DNA of 64,000 nt from Hemiscyllium ocellatum (Eukaryota). Position numbers and translations under genes: made by a program. The notes beneath the pieces were generated by a model. The model ran no database searches. It worked only from the letters and a program-made list of their open reading frames with translations, and was not told the DNA's origin. Where the stretch lies: the NCBI RefSeq assembly GCF_020745735.1, contig NC_083419.1, positions 50,192,135-50,256,134 on the forward strand, written 5' to 3'. Of this stretch, positions 37,761 through 48,913 are shown one piece after another. Position 1 is the first letter of the stretch. Every line of letters begins with the position of its first letter.

Positions 37761-38911
37761 ATCTTGGGCACTCTAAAATGTGTACTCTCTCATCATTGAC
37801 TCAGCACCAATGAGATATTACCACTCAGCTAATGTATCAAAGCACTTCAGACCTCCCTGCTTTTTGTATTTTAACATTCACCATACTTTTCACATAATTA
37901 AAACTTTTATGATTTCTGGAAGTTCTTTTCTGCGTCTTCTTCATTATTTTGAATATTGTAAATAAAGTCAAACATTAATATCTATAATTTTAAGGTATTC
38001 ATTTGCCTTTGGGCTTTAGACCCCAATTTATATCATCTTTACAAACATGTCCTTCCACTCCTAAAAGAATTGTACTTATGATCTCCATGTCTTCCTTCTC
38101 TTTTTAGTTTTATAATTTCCATGAATTTGTCCTCTTCCTGTTCTGTTTTTTAAAAACGTATCATCTCACATTCCTTGACATGATAATCATTTGAATCCAC
38201 CTGGAAAATTTACAAGTCTGTCAGTCATCCTGCAGTCACTATACACCTAATAGTTAACAAAACTTCCTAATCTGTGGTATCTTAAATATGGTGATTTTAA
38301 GAAGGGCAAACACTCATTATTGTATACTGTTCCTTTAAATAACTTCATATTGTATTGTGATTGTAATTTTAATATCATGTGCCTTAACATTAAATCATGC
38401 ATTTTGAGGGAATATTTCTACTACTTTTTGTTGAATGAGGACAGGATCAAATTCAACAATGGTACCCTCCTTTTGTCCAGTAAAGTTTAATTCTCAGCCT
38501 AGATGTGAAAAAAAAGAAATTTGGCTTAAGTTACCAAAAGCATTTTCACTCTTACACTAGTATGAACCAGCACACCCACAGAAGGGAGAAACTTGGAGAC
38601 AGGTAGAAAAGAAAGAAGTGAAAACCTGTAAGTCATCATCATCTTTTACAGTCAGAGAGATGTACAGCACGGAAACAAACCCTTTGGTCCAACTAGTCCA
38701 TGCCAAACATATTCTAATCTAAACTAGTCTCATTTGCCAGCACTTGGCCCATCTCCCTCTAAACCCCTTCCTATTCATATACCTATCCAGATGCCTTTTA
38801 AATGTTGTAATTGTACCAGTGTCTACTATTTCCTCTGGCAGCTCATTCCTCGATCCTTGTGGCACACCTCTGTTCGCAGGCCTCCAGTCTAAAAAACAAC
38901 CCTCCACCACC

Positions 38912-39608
38912 ATAAGATCATAAAACGTAGGAGCAGAAATTAGCCATTCAGTCCATTGAGTCTGCACTGCCATTCAATCATGGCTGATAGGTTTTTCAAC
39001 CTTATTTTCCTGCTTTCGCCCATAACCTTTGATCCCCTTGACAATCAAGACCCTATCTATTTCTCTTTTAAATATACTCAATGACCTTGCCTCCACAGTC
39101 TTCTGTGGCAATGAATTCTCCAGATTTACCACTCTCTGGCTGAAGAAGTTTCTCCTTATCTCCATTCTGAAGGGTCTTCCCGTTACTTGAAAGCTGTACC
39201 CTTCGTCTCTCCTACCAATGGAAACATCTTTCCAACATCCACTCTGTCCGGGCCATTCAATATTCTGTTAATTTCAATTAGATCCCCCCTCATCCTTCTA
39301 AACTCCATTGAGTATAATCCCAGAGTTCTCAAATGTTCCTCATATATTAAGTCTTTCATTCATGGGATCATTCTTGTGAATCTCCTATGGACCCCCTCTA
39401 GGTGCAATACATCCTCTGTGCAGTATGGGGTCCAAAATTGCTCAAAATACTTTAAATGTGGTCTGATTAGAGCCTTTTAAAGCCGCATAGGTACATCCCT
39501 GCTTTTATATTTTAGAACTTTCAAGGTGAATAACAACATTGTATTTGCCTTCCTAATTACTGACCCAACCTGCAAGTTTACCTTTAGAGAAAGCTGGACT
39601 AGGATTCA
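38912..39608 (-). mobile_element. Nested CR1 3' fragment (same subfamily as 10488-10784)
   Basis: MEIRRNFFSQRVVNL...FKREIDR. TSD CACCACC at 38905-38911 and 39609-39615. Confidence 0.85.
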
Positions 39609-39741
39609 CACCACCCTTCTGCCTTCTACCTTTGAGCCAGTTCTGTATCCAAATGGCTAGTTCTCACTATATTCCATGTGATCTAACTTTGCTAACCTAG
39701 TCTACCATGAGTAACCTTGCTGAACACCTTACTGAAGTCTA

Positions 39742-39933
39742 AAAAGAGTCGAGTGTAGGGCGCTGGAAAAGCATGGCAGGTCAAGCAGCACGTGAGGAGC
39801 AGGAAAATCGACATTTCAGGCTTTTGCCCAAAACATCGATTTTCCTGCTCCTCGGATGCAGCCTGATCTGCTGTGCTTTTCCAGCACCATACTCTTGACT
39901 CTAACTTCCAGCATTTGCAGTCCTCACTTTCAC
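39742..39933. mobile_element. Palindromic PLE-derived mini-element (family B), arms fused at stem II
   Basis: Inverted arms meet at TTTCAGGC-TTTT-GCCCAAAA. Exact TSD CTGAAGTCTA at 39732-39741 and 39934-39943. Confidence 0.9.
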
Positions 39934-40063
39934 CTGAAGTCTATACAGACCATGTCCACCGCTCTGCTCTCATCAATCCTCTTCATTACGTCTTCAAAAA
40001 ACTCAATCAAGTCAGTGAGACACGATTTCCCATGCAAAAGGCCATGTTGACTATCCCTAATCA

Positions 40064-40158
40064 TGATTCCTGATGAAGGGCTTTTGCCCGAAATGTCGAT
40101 TTTCCTGCTCATTGGATGCTGCCTGACCCGCTGTGCTTTTCCAGCACTATTCTAATCT
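40064..40158 (+). mobile_element. 95-bp monomeric PLE-derived mini-element (family B)
   Basis: CTGATGA-A-GGGC-TTTT-GCCC-GAAATGTC at 40070-40097. Exact TSD TATCCCTAATCA at 40052-40063 and 40159-40170. Confidence 0.9.
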
Positions 40159-41009
40159 TATCCCTAATCAGTCCCTGCCTTTCCAAATACACATAAATCC
40201 TGTCCCTCAGGACCCCTTCAACAACTTATCCAATACCGATGTCAGGCTCACCAGTTGATAGTTCCCTGGCTTTTCCTTAGCACCTTTCTTAAATAGTGGC
40301 ACCATGTTAGCCAACCTCTAATCTTCTGTAATTTACCTGTGGCTATCAATGATACAAATAGCTCAGTAATCATTTCCTAGCTTACCACAGAGGTTTAAGG
40401 TACACCTGACCAGGTTCCGGAGATGTATTCACCTTTATGCATTTTAAGCCAACTAGCACCTCCTCTTCTGTAATATGGACATTTTTCAAGATGTTGCTAT
40501 CTATTTCCCCATGTTCTATGTCTTCCATCTCCTTTTGCAAAGTAAACACTGATGGAAAAACTCATTTAATACGTCCCCCATCCCCAGCGGTTCTACACAT
40601 AGTTTGCAACAAACTTTTGTTTGCGTTTATAATTGTTACTTGCAAGTTTACTTAATACCAGTCAAACTGGTCAGAATCAGTTAAGTGATCAGGGTATTTA
40701 TACAGAATCTGGACACTGAAATGAATCCTTTGGTGCTTTGATTTCCGATTAATAATGGTCAGCTGGCAACTTAACTCAAGCCTTGGAACAATTACTGTAA
40801 GATATCCTACAAAGAATAATTTAAATAAGGCATTTCTCTCATAAATCATTCCAGTGGGACATAAGATTTCCCACGCTCATTGATATCACAGATTTAATTA
40901 TTTCACCTGTAACTGATTAATCCCAAGGAAACATCATTGGCACATTGGTAAATTTATAAAAAAAAAATTATTCTATAGTTTGGAGCATTTTGAGAAGTAA
41001 GAGATTATA

Positions 41010-42740
41010 ATAGAGTCATAGACATGTACAGCATGGAAACAGACCCTTCGGTCCAACCCGTCCATGCCGACCAGATATCCCAACCCAACCTAGTCCCACC
41101 TGCCAGCACCCGGCCCATATCCCTCCAAACTCTTCCTATTCATATACCCATCCAAATGCCTCTTAAATGTTGCAATTGTACCAGCCTCCACCACTTCCTC
41201 TGGCAGCTCATTCCATAAACGTACCACCCTCTGCATGAAAGAGTTGCCCCATAGGTCTCTTTTATATATTTCCCCTCTCACCCTAAACCTATGCCCTCTA
41301 GATCTGGACTCCCCGACCCCAGGGAAAAGACTTTGCCTATTTATCCTATCCATGCCCCTCATAATTTTGTAAATCTCTATAAGGTCACCCCTCAGCCTCC
41401 GATGCTCAAGGTAAAACAGCCCCAGCCTGTTCAGCCTATCCCTGTAGCTCAAATCCTCCAACCCTGGCAACATCCTTGTAAATCTTTTCTGAACCCTTTC
41501 AAGTTTCATAACATCTTTCCAATAAGAAGGAGACCAGAATTGCACGCAATATTCCAACAGTGGCCTAACCAATGTCCTGTACAGCCGCAACATGACCTCC
41601 CAACTCCTGTACTCAATACTCTGACCAATAAAGGAAAGCATACTAAACACCTTCTTCACTAGCCTATCTACCTGCGACTCCACTTTCAAGGAGCTGTGAA
41701 CCTGCACTCCAAGGTCTCTTTGTTCAGCAACACTCCTTAGGACCTTACCATTAAGTGTATAAGTCCTGCTAAGATTTGCTTTCCCTAAATGCAGCACCTC
41801 GCATTTATCTGAATTAAACTCCATCTGCCACTTCTCAGCCCATTGGCCCATATGGTCAAGATCCTGTTGTAATCTGAGGTAACCCTCTTCGCTGTCCATT
41901 ACACCTCCAATTTTGGTGTCATCTGCAAACTTACTAACTGTACCTCTTATGCTCGCATCCAAATCATTTATATAAATGACAAAAAGTAGAGGGCCCAGCA
42001 CCGATCCTTGTGCACTCCACTGGTCACAGGCCTCCAGTCTGAAAAACAACCCTCCACCACCACCCTCTGTCTTCTACCTTTGAGCCAGTTCCGTATCTAA
42101 GTGGCTAGTTCTCCCTGTATTCCATGAGATCTAGCCTTGCTAATCAGTCTCCCATGGGGAACCTTGTCGAACGCCTTACTGAAATCCATATAGATCATAT
42201 CTACTGCTCTGCCCTCATCAATCTTCTTTGTTTCTTCATCAAAAAACTCAATCAAGTTTGTGAGACATGATTTCCCACGCACAAAGTCATGTTGACTATC
42301 CCTAATCAGTCCTTGCCTTTCCAAATACATGTACATCCTGTCCCTCAGGATTCCCTCCAACAACTTGCCCACCACCAACATCAGGCTCACTGGTCTATAG
42401 TTCCCTGGCTTGTCCTTACCACAGTGGCACCACGTTTGCCAACCTCCAGTCTTCCGGCACCTCAGCTGTGACTATCGATGATACAAATATCTCAACAAAA
42501 AGCCCAGCAATCACTTCTCTAGCATTCCACAGAGTTCTTGGGTACACCTGATCAGGTCCTGGGGATTTATCCACCTTTAACCGTTTCAAGACATCCAGCA
42601 CTTCCTCCTCTGTAATCTGGACATTTTGCAAGATGTCACCATCTATTTCCCTACAGTCTATATCTTCCATATCCTTTTCCACAGTAAATACTGATGCAAA
42701 ATATTCATTTCGTATCTCCCCCATTTTCTGTGGCTCCACT
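41010..42740 (-). mobile_element. CR1 (HER1-like) LINE, 5'-truncated, few frameshifts
   Basis: ORFs 42416-42835, 42097-42390 and 41090-42049 cover the RT motifs (KAFDKV, QGSVLGP, FADD). TGACTCTA tail. Confidence 0.95.
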
Positions 42741-42859
42741 TCAGCAACTTTAACTGTAAAGGGAACATATTGGTTGTTTGGATTTTCTTTTAGCAATGAG
42801 GGTAAATAATTCATTAGGTGAATAATTCCAAACAATTCAATTTTAAGTGTCTGTCCTTA

Positions 42860-43281
42860 CTTTAGCAGTAGCACAGTTGCGTATGAGTCAGAATTTTATG
42901 TTTGAAATCCTGCTGCAGAAGCTTAAATACATATTCTAGTCTAATATACTAGTATGGTTTTGAGGGGGTGCTGTGTTGTCAGAATTGCCATCTGTTGAAT
43001 GAGATGTTAAAGCATCTCTGGTTTCCTCTCTTACGTACACATAAAGGATCCCAAGGCACACCTTGAAAATAGAGGAATTTTCCCCAGTGGCCTGGCTAAC
43101 ATTTATCCACAACCCAAATCATTAAAATGTAGATTATCTGCTCACTATTTTACATGGAAACTTGTTGAGCATAAACTGGTTGCTGCATTTTCAGCAGTAA
43201 CTACACTCCATTTACTGTCAAGGACTTTTGGATATCCTGAGCTGGTGAAAGACATGATGTAAGTGCATTTTCTTTCTTTCT
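42860..43281 (+). mobile_element. Deu-domain SINE (SacSINE1/AmnSINE1-related), degenerate
   Basis: GAGGGGGTGCTGTGTTGTCAGA.TTGCCATCTGTTGAATGAGATGTTAAA...TAAAGGATCCCAAGGCAC...CCCCAGTGGCCTGGCTAACATTTATCC resembles the remembered Deu core. Tail GGATATCCTGAG..GTGAAAG. Confidence 0.65.
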
Positions 43282-43999
43282 GTCTAATTAACCAACACTA
43301 GAATCATTAACTGAGAGAAAGAATAGATTAAAAAACCATTATTTCTGCAAATTAATTTTTACATTGTACACAGTTGTTAAAGTTTAGAAATACTGAATAT
43401 GGAAAGGATATAAGAACTTCTTTGGTTTTACTAGTGCTTGTAAAACAAACATTACAAAATGTGTGTGATAGTTCAGTATCCCAAGCCTAGCATCATTGAT
43501 AGGATTGGCATAATAATGCCAAAAATACTATACAATAACTTGTTCATCTAAACAACAAAAAGCATATCAGGGGTTTACATTATTCCATTATTTGAATTTT
43601 CATTTAACTTAAAATTATGTCAAAAATGCTTTTATATTCACTGCTTCATCAGAAGTTGGAATTCAAAAAATTAAATTTGAGGCATTACTTCAATTCTGTA
43701 TGTGATTTGTGTCAGATGCCGAGAAAGGCTTTTTTTACCCACTTGAATATACATATTATTGTTGAGTGGAAATAGAGAATAGTTGAAGAATATTACTATG
43801 CAGAAGTGTAATATGTTTACCACAGAGTTAGTTTGGATTTAATTAAGGTAGAGAGCATTTCGTAGAAATTAAAGTATTTGCTTACATAAATTCACTTCCA
43901 ACCTCCCATTATTCAAAAATTACATTCATCGAGGAATATAGAGCTTTAGATTCATGTTTACTGTTGATGCCAAGTTAGGAGGAACATTACGTTGTGCAG

Positions 44000-45215
44000 T
44001 TTGAACTCAGAAGTTACAAGGATAGATGAAAAAAACAGGTAAAACTGGCAGAAAAATCAATATGTGGAAACTTGATCCAATAAAGACAAGCAGAAAAATG
44101 TTAATATCAATGAGACTAAGAACTACGGAATAGCAAGGGAATTCAGAAATCCAGCTACACTGTTATTAAAATAAAATCATATTAAGAATATTGGTCTTTA
44201 TCTCAAGGTGGCTAGAGTATAAAGGGATGAAAATGATGATTACTTTTGCAGCACCTTGCTCATAAGAAAGGAACAAAAAAGGCAGTGAGAAAAGGAAAGT
44301 AGTAAATGTACAAACAAAAAGCACCACATAAAGGCGAACTTTTCCCATCAGTTACAGGTCACTGCTCAAAAGTACTCTGCATTTTAGATATTGAAATTCA
44401 ACATATATGCTAAAAATAAGTTTTTTAACATTTACGATTGTGCATATATGAATTGAATGATCATTTGTAAAGTTTTCAATTACATTTTTAGAGATGTTTT
44501 ATGTCGTATTCACTCAAGTTAAATTTTATCTCAATAAATTTAGTATGTTATAGATAAAATATTTAATATTTGTTCCCAAGTCGATTTTAGCACCATAGCG
44601 CACTAAAAAATGTGAAAATTGGACAAGCAAAAGTATAGCAGAGACTCATTTTTCAGCCAAGAGTACAAAAAGAAGCTAAACTAGTTCAGTCGCAGCTGGT
44701 ATACTGGGTACAGTCATAGTTGCTTTGCTCTGGAAAGATGTGAGGCCATTGGGGAGAGTGCCAAAAAGGTTATGAGAATGGGTTAGGAGCTGTGGAACTT
44801 TAATTTCACAGATTTTATAAGTTAGGACTATTTTCCTTTGAGATCAGGAGGTTGAAGGAGAGTTGATAAAATATTCAAAAAGCATGAAGGGTTTGAAAAG
44901 ATAGTGGAAATCTATTCAAACTGACAAAAGGATGGAGAAAGAGGCATCAAAGATTTAAGGTAATTGACAAAAAATGTCTTGGAGGCACAAGGAAAAATGT
45001 TTTCATTAAAAGACTGAATAAAATCTGGAATACATTCCTTCACAGTGTGGCGAGGATTTCAAATCAATTGAAGCAGGAATTGGATTATTATCAGAAAAGG
45101 AAGAGCATGCAGGATCACAGAGAAATGGCCAGGTAGCACTGCGTGAATTTCCTCAAAGAACTGTCAGAGACAGAATGGGCTGAATGGCTTCAGTCTGCAC
45201 TACCACAATTGTGTG
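44000..45215 (+). mobile_element. Very old CR1 fragments
   Basis: LQG*IDE..NWQ remnant (44010-44230), RKDVRPLGRVPKR remnant (44730 onward) and an ATGGGCTGAATGGCT tail. Confidence 0.55.
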
Positions 45216-46419
45216 AAATTGCAATTTAAACTCCCAGTGAAAACACTCCAAAAAAATAAAATCACCTGGTCTTCCCCCCCCCCCCCAAGTCAGATCACAT
45301 AACTGCAGAGGTGAAATGTAAACTAAATATTAATATTTTAAGGAACCAAAACTTAAGTCTTTAAAAGAGTTTTTTTTAGTATTCCATAGAACAATTTTGG
45401 GTTAGAAATTGTATGTTGTGTTCAAAACTGGATAATTTTCCATTAAATTCTTATACAGTATGAATCCTTACCACAATGCTATTTTAACGGGGGAGGGGAA
45501 GAAAATGGCCTTTACTCTTCAATTTGGCTTTGATAGTTCTTAGTCTACGTACATGCAATAGCGTTTATTTACGCAGACTCAATAAAAAGGCTGCAATATT
45601 GACTTTGCTGTATAAATGTGTTGAAAGTCGATGAAGTTCAAAGGTAACAGCAAAATGGGCGTTTAGGAAAGAGCTCTAGAGTTCCACTATCTAACATAGA
45701 ATAAAAAGTAATATAACTGAACGTACTGTAGATCCAAGCTTAGGAGGGGGATGGGGCTGAAATCACATTAATTTTCATATGTCATGAATAATTCCGTAAA
45801 CCTTCAAAAGGAAACAGAACGTTTAAACATTTCAACAAAAGGATCTGCGGCATGTTATTTGCAAGGTAATCATAACGTCATTTAACAGATTTCACATAGA
45901 TGCTAAATGCATACATATTCCGAATGTTCCTCTCCACGCCCTCTTTCCACATTATTATGCCCTCCATTTAGAGGTCCAGCAGCGACCAAAAATTGCTAAA
46001 CAAAATTTATGCGAACAGTAACCTCATCAACTCTGGGCGTTTCATCAGGAGAACCGATTTTCTCGGCTATTTTCAAAGACCTATCTTTACTTGTATAACA
46101 CCTTATGTTGTTCCACTGACTTGAGCTGTTGCACCTTGGACTGTAGTTAGACTGCTTTAGCACTCAGCACTCTTGGGGGGCGGGGGTGGGGTGATGTAAA
46201 ATCAAACTGCAGGATGTTGGAGAGGAAGATTCGTTGTTTAAAAAGTCACACCTCCCCATCCCACCCTCCAGCAACCGGAGATGTTGAGACAGGGGATACA
46301 TTTTTGAGGAAATGCAAGTTTCTTTTAGGCCAGTGTACGTGGGCTAATTTCCTTCCAGAATCAGAGCCGCTAGAACTCAGACTACGATTCCTCATCTGTT
46401 CCTTTCAACTCTCGACTTT

Positions 46420-46530
46420 ACTCCACGTCAAGCCCCGCCCACGCCCCGCGCTGATTGGTGCGCTGACGTCACGCAGCATTCCATTTCAGAACGTTCCCTG
46501 GATGCGGCGCAACTTGCGATTGGCTGAGCG
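46420..46530. promoter_or_regulatory. Promoter-type motif cluster (CRE, GC boxes, inverted CCAAT)
   Basis: Half-CRE ACGTCA 46425-46430, CCCCGCCC 46433-46440, ATTGG 46454-46458, perfect CRE TGACGTCA 46464-46471 and a second ATTGG 46519-46523. Locally CpG-rich. Confidence 0.65.
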
Positions 46531-47357
46531 CCGTGCCCTTGCACAGCCCTCGCTCACACTCTGTCATTCTAATTTTTTTGTTCTTTAACTGCAACCATCC
46601 TGTTTTGGTTAAACTGCAACTAACGAATCAAACTTGACCGCCGACTAAGGGAATAAAAGAAAAAAAGAGACCTCTTAAAACTATAGAAAGCATCGTCGAC
46701 CGAAGCCGAATCTCTCAGTTTGCAGCCCAAATGTTGGGAATACTGCAACTTGTTCTTTATTTCTATATTCAGAGAGGAATAAGGGTGCGTAACAATGTAA
46801 TTAAAAAGGCAGGAGCATGCGTAGGTTGGCAATGCTATCAGCCAAAAGGAGCAGATTCCCCGCCTACAAGAAATTGCTGGCGCCTTCTGATTGAACAGAC
46901 AATCCGTCCATCAAACTATAGGCTGAGATTAAAATCTGAAGTGTTAATTAAGTTGTTTTTATGCAAATTCGCGTGCTCTGCTCTATAAATTTAGACTTGC
47001 GAAAAAAATTACTGGAAACAAATCTTGGATGAAACACGTTTAATTTGTCACCTTTTTTCCTCCCTAAAATACACAAAACTCATTTTCCATCAGCTCCAGT
47101 ACACGAAAATTCACCACCATTATATCTGAAAATCTATTGCCCCAATAAGATTGCTTTTACCATATCAAGAATGAAAAGTACATCTGATAAACAACCTGTC
47201 CTCAATCTCCTTTTACCCCCTCCAAACTTTGCAACTGAATACAACTTTAAAACATTTAAATTAAGAGTAAATTTCCACTACAAAATATTTATTGCATTTG
47301 GATTAGGAAGTATACTTTGGAACAAGCTGTATTACAGAACTTGGAACAGTCAAGACT

Positions 47358-47620
47358 GAAAATCGAAAAAACTGTGAATGGTGTAAATCAGAAACAAAAT
47401 CATAAATTGTTTAATTTGGGTTCTGAGGAAGGATCACTCGACCCGAAACCTTAACTCTGATTTCTCTCCACAGATGCTGCCAGAACTGCTGAGCTTTTCC
47501 AGCAATTTCTGCTATTGCTATAGAACAGTACAGCGCAGGAACAGGCCCTTCGGCCCACCTTGTCTACGCAGACCACGGTGCCATTCTAAACGGATTCCAT
47601 CTGCCTGATATCCTTCCATG
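47358..47620. mobile_element. PLE mini-element (family C) followed by a short CR1 3' tail (-)
   Basis: CTGAGGA-A-GGATC-ACTC-GACCC-GAAAC-CTT at 47423-47452. TAGAACAGTACAGCGCAGGAACAGGCCCTTCGGCCC from ~47520. Confidence 0.75.
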
Positions 47621-47809
47621 AATAAAAATAAACTATAAATGTCAGTTTTTTTAATGTTTTATAACAATGAACTTAAAACGAGAAGTTTCCAAATGTATTA
47701 AACAACTACATACTGTATAAGACGACGCATATTTTGATTCAAATAGAAAGCCAAACATGACATGTAACTGCTAAAGTTAGTTATTAAATATGTGCAGCTG
47801 TATCACTTT

Positions 47810-48345
47810 GTCTCGGGGGCTAGTGATGGAGCTGTGTTGGGAGGACGCCTGCGCACTAGGCTGCTCCGGCAGGGTTCCATTGCTCCATCCGGGTCCTCTG
47901 CATTAGCATTGGCAGCCGAGGCACAACTTTTCCTCGAGGCAAAGTGAAATCCCGGCGCGCTCGCACCCGCGGAATATAGTCCCTAGATTCAGCCGCTCGA
48001 ACCGTTAACGGAAAAGTAGCGGCCGGAGCCCGGCGGCCCCGCGGCTCGAAGGCGTCGGTGTGGCGGCAACGCTGAGGCTCCGAGCCGGCCGACCCCTTGC
48101 CCGACTTGTTTTCGGGAGAGTTTTGTGAAAAATGGCGTAAAGTGAGTGATGAGTCCTGTGTCCGTACTAGCAAAGAGAGGCAAGAACTTGCTTTGCAGAC
48201 TGTGTCTACTTGTTCTTTCGATTGTTTATGCCGGGTTATTTATTTATTTAATTATTTATTTATTTCAAAGCTGTTTAAGTTTCTTCGATTCTCGCAGACG
48301 CGCTTGTAAAAAGCATCCACGCCAGCAATCGCACGCGCACAAACA
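47810..48345 (+). promoter_or_regulatory. CpG island with the probable TSS and non-coding first exon of the PHF21 gene
   Basis: High GC and CpG in an AT-rich background. Donor AAA|GTGAGT at 48141/48142 and acceptor TTCTCGCAG| at 48297/48298 define a 156-nt 5'UTR intron. Confidence 0.7.
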
Positions 48346-48403
48346 ACTAACTTCAAATCGTTTGGATTCAAAGTGTCTGAAAAAGTGCTTTTGAAGTCCA
48401 GCC

Positions 48404-48457
48404 ATGGAGATGCAAAGCCTTCAAGAGGCGCTGAAAGTAGAAATCCAGTGTCATCAG
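48404..48457 (+). CDS. PHF21B: PHD finger protein 21 family, first coding exon (MEMQSLQEALKVEIQCHQ)
   Basis: Strong Kozak GCCATGG, 18 codons and donor CAG|GTAAAA. Matches the remembered PHF21A/B N-terminus MELQ.LQEALKVEIQ.HQ. Confidence 0.85.
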
Positions 48458-48690
48458 GTAAAAAAAGAACCCATTTCCTCTTTATGGTCTAAAGAGAGAA
48501 TGAAAGAGGGAGAGCGAATCAAACCTATAATAAGCTGGGCATCTCTTAGCGACGTTTGGGATTTAAGGATCAATTAAGAGTAATAACCTGCTGGTGAGGT
48601 TGTTTGCATCCAAGGTCTTTAACTTTGAGACTAGTTTTTACTGGTGTTCGAGTTGAGCAACAAGGATTTGGAGTATTATTGCGGTTGGCT

Positions 48691-48718
48691 TGTGTATGTG
48701 TGTGTGTGTGTGTGTGTG
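48691..48718 (+). repeat. (TG)n microsatellite in the intron upstream of the 33-nt exon
   Basis: TGTGTA followed by (TG)11. Confidence 0.9.
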
Positions 48719-48880
48719 GTGAGGAGATTAGTACGAGACTTGAATATTTATGAGATGCTCCAAACTGACTCAGTGTTTGCGTGCCTCTTTGTTCCTCCCA
48801 GTCATGATAACTTATATTGCTCTTTGACCTTTTATATTAAATTCATATCAATATCCTATTCCTGTTTTTGTTGTTTTTAG

Positions 48881-48913
48881 AAACTAGTTGCACAGATGAA
48901 GCAAGATCCACAG
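48881..48913 (+). CDS. PHF21B: PHF21 family, 33-nt coding exon (KLVAQMKQDPQ)
   Basis: Polypyrimidine acceptor TTGTTTTTAG|, donor CAG|GTAAAA, phase 0-0. Identical to the remembered PHF21A residues 19-29. Confidence 0.85.

Larger units (their letters stand above)
38650..40600 (-). mobile_element. CR1 LINE hosting a second CR1 and two PLE mini-elements
   Basis: Collinear CR1 ORF2 remnants at 38650-38911 and 39609-40600 rejoin once the inserts are removed. Confidence 0.9.

Noticed and set aside
11716-40158. Recurrent palindromic short repeats read as a CRISPR array or as DNA-transposon MITEs
   Set aside because: They are dispersed, with no spacer periodicity and no cas genes. TSDs vary in length and the module is physically linked to a PLE GIY-YIG ORF.
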